The notes under the pieces are model-generated. The model was not told the DNA's origin and made no database searches. It saw only the letters and a list, made by a program, of their open reading frames with translations. From Macrostomum lignano (Eukaryota), in NCBI GenBank assembly GCA_002269645.1, contig NIVC01001299.1:30804-94803 (forward strand): a DNA stretch of 64,000 nucleotides. The letters run 5' to 3'. Shown piece by piece: positions 32,601 to 45,900 of the stretch (its first letter is position 1; each line of letters begins with the position of its first letter). The position numbers and the translations under genes were made by a program.

Positions 32601-35600
32601 GTCCTTAGACTGAACAGCCGTACGCAGCCTTCAGATGCGCCGCGCAAAAGCTGCGGCTGAGCTGTCGTTTTCACATCTGCCTATTAAGGGCAGGTGTAAT
32701 CAATTAATTATGTTTATAAAAGACAAAAAACCAATGAATATCTACACGAACAAATATAGTATTGAAATCTTACAGTTTAACTTGATGTTGAATGCTGGTT
32801 CAACTAATGCTCCTCTCTGCATTTCCCTTCCAACAAACATCTGGTACGATAGCAACACAGTATAAACACAAGGATATTGTCGGGAACTAGGCCTTCTATT
32901 CAGCGGATGAAGAAACGATGGAGAAGGAGCTATGCAAGCTGCAGATAAATAATTCATGAATTTCGCAATGACGCGCGGCTTGGGGCGAAGTTGTTTCTCG
33001 AGCTTCCCAATGCAGCCGCACAAATATAGCAAACAGAAGTGTCTCTTCACTTACAAGCAGGCGGACTGTTTGACTTTTTTATTCCAATAGAAGTTTTTTC
33101 TAGATGTATTGTACCATTCCAGCAGAGCATCAACCAAATAACTATGCTGAGTTCTTTGATTCATTTTGTTTCTAAATTCAATATTCATTATATTATTTCT
33201 TCAGGCGGATGCCTGGCTGACTTTTTGAAACTGCGAACCAGCCTGCAGTGGACCACCATCAGGAAACTTTTGGCTGGCTTAGGCTTCGGCTTGAAGGCGA
33301 TCTTCTTTGTGGCACTGGGATTCGCTAATGACGCTGTGTGGGCAACCATCCTGCTATCTGGAGCACTAGGTGAGAGACTTTATTGTGTGCGTTTGCCTGC
33401 CTGTCTATCGGTATACCTGGTCATGCTAGTAGTTGTGACATCTGTAGCCTGTCTGTCTGCCTGTCTGTGCCAATCTGTTTTAGTGTCCTCTGGCTATCTG
33501 TCTACCTATGAGTGGTGTCCAGAAAGTAGCTAATAGCTAGTGACTCTGGGGCCCATACAAGGACAACTTAAGTAGAAGGACGCAACACTCGAAATCCATG
33601 GTAAAAGTTTTGAAGGCAACTTTTCGCCGAAAAATACACTACAGAGATAGGAGGTTTTAATTTTTTCAAGGTCTTGTCATTATTTTAAACGATTTTTTCA
33701 AGTGACAGACCAATTTAACATGAAAAATCGACTAATGCGTCGTTAGAGCAGCATGTGAGGCTCTGTTTTAGTGTTGAAAATCGTGAAATTTCCTATCTCA
33801 GTAGTGTATTTTTCCGGTGAAACCTGCCTTTAAAACTATTTCTGAACGAAAAACTTTATGAATATCAATAGAGCAATAAGAAAGGCACAAAATATCAAAA
33901 GATGAACACTGGATCTGCCTCCTATCAAAAGCAATAATTGTGCTGAAAAAAATTAAAACCTCCTATCTCTGTAGTGTATTTTTCGGCGAAAAGTGGCCTT
34001 CAAAACATTCCCCATAGATTTCGAGTGTTGCGTCCTATATTCGCTCGTATATGTTACTTAAGTAGTCCTTGGGCCCATACCGTAAAAGCCAATGCTGTAT
34101 CATCGATTCCAATCCAAGTATAAAGCACTCACCTCAAAAGTTACGGCTAAATTTGTGACTCATTTCGGGTGGCCTCTCTTTCATTAAAGCTTTAAAATTG
34201 TTTTTGTCAAACTCAAGAGACACTAACCACGCAACACAACTAACAGTCACCATCTCGTGTGGCAGTTTCTTGTCTTCATTTCCTATCTGTCTACCTATCT
34301 GATATCAAAGACATCCAAATAACAAGTCTAATTCATTTCGTCTCATGTAGAGAGGGAGTTTCTGCAGTGCAAAGTAAACTGGATAAAACTGCACAGCTAG
34401 ACTATTGTCGGCAGGGCGCAAGCGTCTCTTGCGAAAGCAATAGGGGATATTTGATCGGCTTCCCTTTGAAGTTTCCGGCTCCAGATGGGATTCGGTTGCG
34501 ACGAAGGGAAGAAGAGAGAGAGCAGGATAGAGATTTCGGCTTGTATTAAACCCAAAGCGTGGAAGGATTTCAGCTGGAACGTGGGGGAAATTTTTTTATA
34601 ATCTCACGGATATAATTTGCTCCATTCACTGGGTGAGAAGCAACATTCGATCTCGCCTCGCGTCCTCAGCTCTGCGTTCCGGCCACTTAAGCGTCAAGCC
34701 ATTTTTATGCTCTATTTTGCTCCGTATTTGCCCTGGGGGGGGGGGGCTCCACGGGAGATTGTCGGAAAGGGGGGACGCACCGCAATGCCCGAGTCTTACA
34801 CTGAGAGCATAGAGGCTCGAAAGTCTTTCCTCGCTGCCTGACTTTGACTTCCTGCTCAAGAGAGGCCCCGGGCTCTCTGTTGGGATGCCCTGGCGATAAT
34901 CACGTTTCCCATTTTCCTGCGCCCCCAGCAGCCCCCCTTGCTTGCTCAGCGTAGCTCTCGGCTGCTCCTTTTCAAGGTTTTTTTCCACAACAATCTCGCC
35001 GTCTCAACAGGCTCTCACACTCTCTCCCTGTTCGCTTCTCTTTCTTCCATCTCTGCTCGCCTCACTCTGCATGTCCGACGAGATGTAGCAGTCAATCAGA
35101 TTATCCTTGAGGCGTAGCTGTGGCGCTCCCCCGGGTTACAACACCCTCATCATAGTTGCCTGTGCACTCTCAGCCTATATCGTTCAGATAATACCATTGG
35201 AGCTGGAGGGGTCAGGTAGCCAGGAAGTTAGCATTATTAGTCATAATGCATCATATCAACGGACATGCCAAAAACTATGAACGGTGGATATAAGTTTGAG
35301 TGGGACAATAAACGAGTCCTCAACCGTTTGCGGCCACAGAACATTGAAACAAAGTGGGGAATGTACGGGTATTTATTACCAACTATTATTAAAGTTTCAG
35401 TAAATGGAGCACTCACGGCGCAGATTGGGGTTGTGGAGGTGAAGCCCTGCTTTCTATACCATAGACTAAACTCTTGCTCTTGAAGGATGAACACTGTACA
35501 GATGAGGATCCGGAGATGAAACCTCCATTTTATACCATAGACTATAGGTTTGTCCTTGAAGGAAACAAGCTGGACCAAGCGTACAATTAGCGGGCAGGTT

Positions 35601-38430
35601 AAGTCACGTGGTCAGCGAAAAGGAGCAAACACTGCATGCATGGATGATAGCGACTTTCTGCTGGATAGGATTCGGAGCTGGAGAAGAAAAATGGAGGCTG
35701 CGCAACCATCTTGAACACTAAGAAGAATGAAATTTGGATGATTAGTTTCTTAAAGAGTTTGTGCGGAACATCATTGATACTGAAGGACAGTCCGGCTTTT
35801 GTCTCCATGGAAGTTCCACAGAAGAAAATGAAGACTCCAACAAGGTCGTCAAATTTCAGCATTCTTCTTCAGACCTTCCCACGCGTTTTCAGTTCAAGCG
35901 TGAAATCGTTTGTCGACAGCCAGATGTAGATCAAGCCAACTTGACACCGTCATGGTCTTGGGAGGGGAAATGGTCTTAGCTATTAAGATAAAAGAATTAG
36001 CTTAAGTTTAGTTTAGTCGAGCCTTCACGTAAAATGCAGCTTAAATTTCTCAATGCTGTAAGATGACACTGCATGGTTCCAGCTTTGTTCGCGTTGGCAC
36101 ACAGTTAGCTGTGATGGTTGTACTTTAGCCAATACGCTCGTATGGTCTACTTGCACTGCAGGCTTGGTACATTGAATGTCTGTATGCATTCAGATTAGAT
36201 AGACAGAACTTTTCCATATTTTTGTTGTATTATCTTCATCCCCATCTTACCTCGTAAATAATCGTCAAAATTCTAATCAGTTACTGGACTAGGATGGGAC
36301 ATTAATGTCTTGAAGTTGTTGTTATTGTCTTGAAGCTGTTGTTATTGTCTTGAAGTTGCTGTTATTGTCTTGAACTTGGTGTTAAATGTCTTGATGTTGG
36401 TACTGTCTCGAAGTTGATGCTATTGCCTTGAGCTGGTGTTAAATGTCTTGAAGTTGTTGTTACTGTCTTAAAGTTGTTGTTACTGTCTTGAAGTTGTTGT
36501 TAATGTCTTGAAGTTGGTGCTATTGTCTTGAAGCTGTTGTTATTGTCTTGAAGTTGCTGTTATTTTCTTGAAGCTGTTGTTATTGTCTTGAAGTTGCTGT
36601 TATTTTCTTGAAGCTGTTGTTATTGTCTTGAAGTTGGTGTTAAATGTCTTGATGTTGGTACTGTTTCGAAGTTGATGCTATTGCCTTGAGCTGGTGTTAA
36701 ATGTCTTGAAGTTGTTGTTACTGTCCTAAAGTTTTTGTTATTGTCTTGAAGTTTCTGTAATTTCCTTGAAGTTGCTGTTATTGCCTTGAAGTTGCTGTTA
36801 TTGTTAGTGTCTTAAAGCTGTTGATTTATCTTGAAGTTATTGTTAATGTCTTGAAGCTGGTCTTAAATGTCTTGAAGCTTGTGTTAAATGTCTTGAAGTT
36901 GGTGCTATTGTCTTGAAGATGTTACTTTTTGTATTTAAATGTGCTTCCTATCATGCCTTGGGCAGAAGTGATGTTGGTCCTGAAGCATTTTAGCAGCAGT
37001 TTCCGTAAATAATAGATGACTCGTCTCCTGAATACCGCATGTGCTTGCAAGCTGCAACCTGTTCACGGCCAAACATGACAGCAAAAGGCAGTGCAATTAT
37101 TAAAATCGAAATTTCAGGATTCTCCGGCCTGGCAGTCGCTGGATACGCCGTGAACGTGATCGACTTGGCCCCAAACTTTTCGGGATTAGTGATGGGATTC
37201 GCCAACAGTATCAGCACTTTCACAGGTAAGATTGGAGAAATTCCTATATAGCTAAATAAAGTAAGGTGCAACAGGCCTATTTCGTTCATTCCCTTGAGGC
37301 CTCTTCACTCTGCCTAATTAGGGCAATTACATTACTTGTTTTATCCCAGCGGCATCGCCCCAAACTCCCTCTAATTTTCCCCAACAAAGCGAGTAACATC
37401 GACAAGATGATTACACACATCAAGGAACGGCTGCTCTCATAGGAAAGTGAAGTACTGAAGTTAGTTAGCAATCAATTATTTAGGGAGCAGAGGCACAAGA
37501 AGACAGATTCCGCTGCAATTATGAGCGCGCGTGTACTCTTATTATCACTGTCGGCTTTTTTTGGTTTCTTTTCGGGTTGTTATAGTCTCAGGGCAGGCCG
37601 ACGGCAAGGAAAGTGACTTCAAACGGATTGCTTGCGGACAGCAGCTAAGGAAGAGCCACTTAGCTCCAATGATTTTTTGGGGAACAAGCGTCCTTTGATA
37701 GCTAAGAAAAACTTTTGAGCTAAAACACTGTCTAACCATGTCCAAAGACACAAACTGATGCCCTAAAGACATAAACCATTGTCCAAAGACATAAACTAAT
37801 ATCTAAAGACACAAACCGCTGTCTAAAGACACACACGATTGTCCGAAGTCATAAACCATTGTACAAAGACACAAAACCGTTGTCGAAAAACACAAACCGT
37901 TGTTCAAGGACACAAACGATGGTTCAAAGACCCAAATCATCGTTCAAAGACACAAACCCGTTGTCCAAGGACCAAAACCATTGTCCAAAGACACAAAGAC
38001 ATAAATATGTACATTCACTGGATAAACCCAAATTTCTAAATGTCAAAGTTGTGAATTATTGAGCTAGCAGATACCCAGCTATAGCTTTGTTTTCCAAGAT
38101 TGCTGACGAACTCCTAACGAATTTCAAACCGCAGGAATGATGTCCACAGTCATAGCCGCAATGATCGTTCGCAGCAATAGCAACGATACTGACCAAGTGA
38201 AACTGGAGTGGCAAATCGCTTTGAGCAGTGCTGCAGCCACCCAGCTCATTGCTGGCACAGTCTACCTACTGTTCGCTTCGGCTGAGGAGCAGTCGTGGAC
38301 GTTTGACTCTTCGGAGGCGGCTACGGAGGTCAAGTCGGCCACAGCTCATGATAGTACAGCGGAACAGCACAGCCGAAATCGATCGAGACAGACAGACTGG
38401 AATCGAGATGGGGGTCTTGATAGCTGCTAG
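29624..38430 (+). CDS. SLC17-family (sialin/VGLUT-like) MFS anion transporter, about 548 aa
   Basis: Exons 29624-30701, 33205-33369, 37118-37225, 38135-38430 join in frame (all phase 1, GT-AG). Family motifs LRLMQGLAEG, VPWKEIFKS, GGCLADFL, TIRKL, AGYAVNVIDLAPNFSGLVMGFANS, FASAEEQSW. The reading frame is open upstream of the chosen ATG, so the start is approximate. Confidence 0.88.
32414..32710 (+). mobile_element. tRNA-derived CORE-SINE, copy D
   Basis: Full head (GCCTAGTGGTTAGAGCG...GGGTTCGATTCTCGACC), CORE and 3' region; in SLC17 intron 1. Confidence 0.88.
33558..34071. mobile_element. CAAGGAC-family MITE, 514 bp, long imperfect TIRs (about 105 bp)
   Basis: CAAGGACAACTTAAGTA...TACTTAAGTAGTCCTTG; exact 8-bp TSD GGCCCATA (33550-33557 / 34072-34079). 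Confidence 0.9.
36300..36930. repeat. 21-bp minisatellite (TTGAAGTTGTTGTTATTGTCT)n
   Basis: Visible degenerate tandem array in SLC17 intron 2. Confidence 0.9.
37720..38000. repeat. About 21-bp degenerate minisatellite (TGTCCAAAGACACAAACCAT-like)
   Basis: Visible array in SLC17 intron 3. Confidence 0.8.
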
Positions 38431-38467
38431 AATTTCCATCTAATATAAGCATCTGGTCAAAGACGGT

Positions 38468-38804
38468 CAAGGGGTCCGCAAACTCCGGCCCCTCGGGTCC
38501 TATAAATTGATACCGTCCACAGTAGCAGCCCGCTCAATTTTCTTTCCTCTCTTATTTCATCTCTACTCTTCTCTACTCCTCTCCCGCAGGAGATAGAAGG
38601 GGGAGATAAATGAGGAGAGACGAGAGGAGACGAGGAGAGAGAAGGAGAGAGTAGAAGGGAGAGGAGAGAGAAAGAGAGTAAAGTTGAGATTAGAGAGAAG
38701 AGACAAACATTGAGCGGGCCGGATTGCTATTGTGAAGAAGTTTCAAAAGACCCCGAGTGGTCTGTATTTGGCCCTCGATCAAGGTAAAAGTTTGCCGACC
38801 CCTG
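38468..38804. mobile_element. hAT-like MITE related to the 498-847 element
   Basis: TIRs CAAGGGGTCCGCAAACT / AGTTTGCCGACCCCTG; CT-rich then GA-rich interior; no TSD recognised. Confidence 0.65.
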
Positions 38805-39901
38805 GTTAAGGGTTGGGTGGATTATAATTAATATTTGTAAGCAGGCTGTAAATGGTCACCCGCGACATCCCGTACCGCCATCAGGCATGCGGTGCACTCA
38901 GTTCCTTATAGGGATTGACTCTTCATTATGGGTGCGAATTAGGATGAAAATATGATTATAACTTTTTCATTGTCAACAGGACGGCATGAACGAATCACCA
39001 ACGCAATGGTTGATACTAATTTAATGGTTGATTTTGATGTTGCTCATAATTTCATGTAGCCGTTCAATCCTCCAGTTTTGTTAAAATTGCGGCTAAATAT
39101 TATATAATATTGTATTTTGCGTAATGCGCTTACGGTATGTACATAATACCATTAAAACAAATTTTCAGACACAATATTTGTTATAGTTAATATTGTAGGA
39201 AGCGCACCAATTCAAAAGCGAGACTATCAATAACTGAATTTAAACATTTTTATTGCCAAAAAATAGAATAATTACTATCAAAATTACTACTGAGATAAAC
39301 TACAATGTCTTAAACTACAATTCATTTTTAAACAAAGTAAAATAAAAAGCTAACCTTTTAACCAGTATGTGTGTGTCTTTTCTCTTCCAATAAACTTGCA
39401 ATTCTGTTATGCTTTTAAGTAAATTGTCATCAATACAATATATTTATTTGTTTATCATGATAGTAAGGATAAAACAGGGTTGAGTCCTAATATTGAAATC
39501 ATTTCTGTCAAATCAAGCAGTTGAAAAAATACACAATAAACAGCAGTGGTCGGCACTTAAAAATACTCATGCAGCATATATATAGTTAATTAAAAAGCAT
39601 TTGCAAGGGTCAGAGAATAAACAAATTGAAACTATAGTCAAAAATAGAATAATTAATTACATTAGACAGATTAAAGCTATTTACTATGAAAAATATGCTA
39701 CTTCTAAAATATAGCTAAGTTATTAAAAATACTAAATTTATTGAACACAGTTTTCGTTTAATTTTGGAGCAGCTGCAGGTCCTGACTCATAAATATAATT
39801 TCCATTGGCGTCCAAGCCCGATATGTATCGAAAATAACTTTATTGACCCGGTGCCGTTTTTAAAAAAAATCAACTACAAGAAAAATAAAACAACACAAAT
39901 C

Positions 39902-42900
39902 CTACAGAGACGAGGATCCAGTAGAGCTGTCTTTCAGCACGTAGACACGATATAATCGATTCATCTGCTCCAAGAAGATGAAGGTGAGCACAGTGTGCGG
40001 GCCCAATCGAAAATAATAGGGAGTGAAACCTTTCCACAGGCTCAGCACGCCTTCCTGCCTGATCACCTTCGCTAGAACGTCCTGTAAGAGGGGATAAAAT
40101 TAACGATTCAATTAGAATTACATTTTAAAAAATCCGTTCGAACTAAATCACACTACTGATAAGTTTAGTAGCGTAAAAGAGTATGCCAAGTTTTAAAGTT
40201 TAAAGTTTTAAACGTCAAAATGGCAGCTGCCACTTGGTGAGCACTCACCGTGATACCATTGAACTCCGGCTTTCCGTCAATCATTTTCATATTTTGAATG
40301 CGAGTCTTCACGATGTCAACTGGCATTGAAGCCGCTGTGGTGACCAGGCCGCTGATCATGCTGGCACCGAAATGGCACAGAAGGCCGTCCTGTCGTGGGT
40401 TTTAGTGGGCGGTTTGAGTTTGCATACTGCATAGTATAGTAATATATTACTATATACCATACACTTGACTAAGATAGAAGTGAGAGTCACAATGGGATTC
40501 TGGGTGTTACAATTGGAGTCACAGTGGGAGAGTCACAGAGCGAGGGTCACAGTGAGAGTTACAATGGATAAGTTACAATATGAGAGTCACAGTGGGAGAG
40601 TCACAATGAAAGTCACAATAGGAGCCACAGTGAGAGAGTCACAATGGAAGAGTCACAATGGGACAGACACAGTAGGGGAGTCACAATGTGGGAGTCACAA
40701 TGTGAGAGTAACAATGAGAGTCACAATGGGAGAAACACAGAGCGAGGTTTACAGTGAGAGTCACAATGGAAGACTGAAGAGTCACAATAGGAGTCACAAT
40801 GAGACAGTCACAATGGAAGTCACAGTGGGAGGGTCACAATGTGGGTAGTCACAGTGGGGGAGTCACAGTGAAAGAGTCACAATAAAAGAAACACTGGGAG
40901 AGTCACAGTGGGAGAATCAAAGTGGGAGGGTCACAATCGGAGAGTCACACTGAGAGAGTCACAATGGAAGTCACAGTGGGAGGGTCACAATGGGGAAGTC
41001 ACAATGGAAGTCACAACCAGCATCGCAAATCTACAGCAGGCTAGAGGCAACTTACACTAATAATACCCGAGCTAATGATAGTTTGCTTAGCCTGAGAATA
41101 GGTGGCCAGCTGGGCAGCATTAACCACCATTGCCCTGGCAACTGTGGGCACGCAGCCGCGCCACAGGGTCACTAAGCCTTCTTCGCGTACAATCCTAGCC
41201 AAAGCGTTAAACACGCTGCTGTAGCCGCGTCTCTGATCAGCTGGCAGTCTGCCATCGGCAGTCATGCGGATCAGAGCCACCTCAGCCGGGGTGCCAACAA
41301 AAGCTCCAATTGCTCCGGCTGTTAACCCAATAGTTGCCTTGACAACAAAGGATGGTGGCTTATTATCATTCCTAGCACTAACTGCATCGAATAGAGCAGT
41401 ATAGACGCCAAGTCTAGTTGTGGTGTAGGTGGCCTGACGCATCAGACCAGCTGACAGACCGGAGTACACCCCGGTGATACCCTCGGCTCGAAGTATGGAT
41501 GTCAGAGCGTGAAAAGAGCTGTTATAGAGGCGCTGAGAGCCGCCCATACCACTGAGCTGCATTCGATTCTTCACCAGATCCAACGGTTGAACAAACAGGG
41601 TAGCCGCCATTCTACAAATTTTTAATGCAATAAACAAACTTTTCTTTGCATTGATCTTCACTGTCATTCATGCGCAACCTCCGAAATTCGGTCGACCATG
41701 CGGCTTAGTTTTAACAAAAATGCGACGTAGTTTTTGGCCAAAAATGCGACTTAGGTGTAAAAAAAAACCTAAAGCAAAATGGGGTAAACGGCTGGAGCAA
41801 CTTTAACTGTCTTATTAAGCCAAAATGCCTCGTCAGCTACTTAGTACTACTACGTTATTTTTTCGGGTGGGCATTTTTGCGACTTCCTTGGTTGGCCGCC
41901 AAATCGGTCGGCCGACTGTTTCGCATGTATGTTCACTGTAACCGAAAATTTTCCATATCCAAATATGTAAGCATAGCTAATTAATTTCATTTAACTTACT
42001 CATTCTATGGTAAACTATGGACCCTGCTGTCTCAACTATGCTCATACAGTACCATTGATCATAATTAATAAATGGTTTTTGAGTGACTTTTGAGTATGCT
42101 AACTTCTTTTACAGGATATATTCTTGTAAAAGAGTTATACTAAACCTTGAAGTGTCTAGAAAGTATAAAATCTTTCTAGCTTTATCTAGTTTTATCTGAG
42201 TCATGCTAGAAATGCTGTAGAATCATTGAGTTGCATCTAAAGCACATCTATATCACCTTGATATAGAAAAGGACCTATGTAATTTTTATTGTGAACGGCT
42301 GCACCTTATTGATTTTTATGAAGCAATTTCACTTTGTTTCTGTTGATGGTTAAAGCCTAATATGGCACAAGAAAAGCAAGGCAAATATATAATTGAGTTG
42401 CATAATTAACTTTGCAATAGTAAAAGTTATCAATGTATAAATCCTGAATCCACTTATGGGCTAAATTGATGACTTCATTAGCACTTTCATTCAAATTGAT
42501 TGTATCAAATAGATATCAAAATAGGCTATTACAGACCTTTGCAACCATTATGATCATTTTGTGGTCTTGTCAAAGCCATATCTAAAGCTGCAACATCAGA
42601 GGTATTTGGGTGTTTTATTCTCACTACTTTAACTTTTATTGGCAATAAGTGATAGTATGGCAATAATAAAAGTACAATCATTGAAGACACTTGACCTTAT
42701 GGCAGTGTATGGCATGAATATGCAAGATCCTTATACTAACCATGCTATGCTAGAACACTATACTAACATTATAATACACCATATGGGTCTATGAAATTTG
42801 CTAGTAGGAAATCTGCTAGCCGAAGTTTGCTAGCAAGAAATTTGCTTGCTGAAATCTGCTAGCCGAAATGTGCTAGCCAAAATCTGCTAGCCGAAGTTTG

Positions 42901-45900
42901 CTAGCCGAAATGTGCTAGCCAAAATCTGCTAGCCGAAGTTTGCTAGCCGAAATGTGCTAGCCGAAATCTGCTAACCGAAGTTTGCTAGCCGAAATGTGCT
43001 AGCCGAAATCTGCTAACCGAAGTTTGCTAGCTGAAATGTGCTAGCCAAAATGTGCTAACCAAAGTTTGCTAGCCGAAATGTGCTAGCCGAAATCTGCTAG
43101 ACAAAATCTGCTAGCTGAAGTTTGCTAGACAAAATCTGCTAGCTGAAGTTTGCTAGCAGGAATTTTGCTAGCGAGGATTTGCTAGCAAGGACTTGCTAGC
43201 GAGGACTTGCTAGCAGAAATCTGCCAGCGATAATCTAACCAAAACCAGCAAATAGCAACTTTTTCATGATATGCAATGGAGTGCAACAGCTGCTATATAC
43301 GGGTATTATATAATACTCATTAAAATAATATTGCCATTACGTAGTTTCCACCTGCATTTGTTTTGAGAGTGTTAAACCTCATTTTGCTGTTTATAAAAAA
43401 AGATATAATAAAGGTAATATTGTTCGAGTTGATAATAAAAAATGTTTTGTTTCAAAAATCATTTAATTGCGATCCAATTTCCTGGTTTAGTTATTCATTT
43501 TTTTTAATGTGGCATTTCATCTCCTCAAAAATCACTACCTTTACAAAGACTAGTTAGGTCGGAACGTAAGCATAAACAATTAATTATGGGTCTAAAGAAT
43601 CAAACCTTTTCTTCAAGTTTGTTGGCTCTGTTGTTTTGTTTGCTCGCTCTTGGTAGTCAGAGTAAATTAAAAAGGCAAACTGTTGTGGGGACGACTTAAT
43701 CTGGACAATTTAATCTGCCACCTAGCCTTTGCCGTGGGTTCTCGTACATGTACGTGTTAAAATGCAATCAGTAGATAATGTCATAGCCAAAAAGAAAATA
43801 AGATTTAGGTTTTAATGTAGGTGGATTGAAAAGTTCATATACAAGCTATTGAATAAAGTAAATATATTACATCCATGATCACAGGGTAAGAGCTTGTGGG
43901 CCATACCTGCATAGAGTTTTTGCTTGTACAGAGTGCCATAAGTGATGGAAAATATCTATACATTAACAATACATATAGCTATAGTAAATTGTACCTTGGA
44001 CATACATGTATCTAGCTATAGATACTATACACCAACATGTGTGTTATTGTATGCTAAAGTACTGTATATGCTAAAACTGCACTTGGAAATTGTCAAAATC
44101 ATTTATAATTTTTTGTTCTATTTTACTCGTAGACATTTGATAATATTTTAGCATTATCAGCTGTAAGGCTGTAGTTCAAGTAGCTCAGGCAGCTATAGTT
44201 CAGGTAGTTAAATTTAAACTTATCTATACACACAACTTTTAGTCTTAATGGCTGGTAGTGGCAGTATATGGTATATAAGTTATATATTTACTTCTACAAA
44301 TCAAAGCAGCTCAAATCAGAATCAAAACATAGCAAATAACATGCAACAGCTACAAGAGCAAGGCAGCTAGCAAAATCTTTGCTAGCAAACTTTGGCTAGC
44401 AGATTTTGGCTAGCAGATTTTGGCTAGCAGATTTTGGCTAGCAAACTTTGGCTAGCAGATTTTGTCTAGCAGATTTCGGCTAGCAGTTTTGGCTGGCAAA
44501 CTTCGGCTAACAGATTTTGGCAAGCAAATTTTTCACTAGCAAACTTTGGCTAGCAGATCTCGTACTCCCACACCATACTATCACCTACCAGACTATTCCA
44601 CACTAGATACCATTTACCAAAATGCTTATTTGCTATAATCAGAACACTTGACTAAGTCCAACTAAGACAAATAAGCTAATATTTTACTACATAGATAATT
44701 ACTTAATTTTCCTAATTTCAAAAGATAGCTAATCTTTCTTTATTTAACTTAAAATTCAAATTAAAGCATACTTTAAAAAAGTATGTATAAAAATACAATT
44801 TATAGTTACATAAGAACTAGGTAACTTTTTTGGTAATAGTCTACTTTGGTAATAGCCACTCCAAAAACAAATGATGACAAATTTAGTAACAACCAACTCA
44901 GTAACAACCACTTTTGTAACAAGTGAAAAAATTGGTATACTTGTACAATTAGTATATACTTGTACATATGTTCAACTTATTTAAAAGTTTAAAACTTTAA
45001 CCAATATACTTTATTTCTAGATGCATTAGATACATGTAGTAGAAATATCTTATAATTGACCAAATATTGAGTATATTAGAATACTTGATTTAGTGACTTG
45101 AAGTTATAGTATTGTTAGGTTGGTGCTTAGCCATAATGGGCTTGCAGTCAGAGCACCCATCATTACACTTTTCCCCCTTCAGTTGTTTACATAGTTGTGT
45201 ACACCCCATATACCCCACTCCCTGTCTGGGCCAGCTGGCTTTGGCTGGCTGTGCCCTCTATCACACCTTTCACACCCTTAAATTGCTATTTTTCTCTAAT
45301 CATGACCCTATCATGTTCTGTAAGTTATGAATTTTGAAATTCTGGTTAGCTGGGCCTGGGGTACCAATATCCCGAGGCTTAACCAACTAGTGAAAATATA
45401 TATATGTTGGCATATGTGGCAGTATAGGAGACCATCCTTTGTGCCAATCTAGACTCTATATACTATTGCCAGTAACTCACCAAAAATCAGTATATATTTA
45501 AAAGCATTCACTGTCAGAATTGGAGTATACTCTTATTGCTACCACTGTCACTGCTATGTCAAGTCAAAAAGTGAGTTGTGTCTCTTGTTTATTGCAGGTC
45601 TGGCTGGGTTCAAATTGTGCCATATAGACAGTTTAACCAAGTCTCATGATGAGATCACATATGGAGTCTAAAGTCAATCCAGCCAATTGATTGACATCAT
45701 CCATGTGCTTGTCCACTAGATTAACTAAGGCTATAATCTGGCCTTTCACAACAATATCTACTTTTTTCTTCATTGATTACTTCAACTTCAACTAAAATAT
45801 TATAGGTTTTTTATATTACTGATTTCAAAACAAGAATCATTTTGAAGCTTTAAATATTTTCTGTTCCATTTTTTAGAATTGGTTCTAAAACTATGATCCA

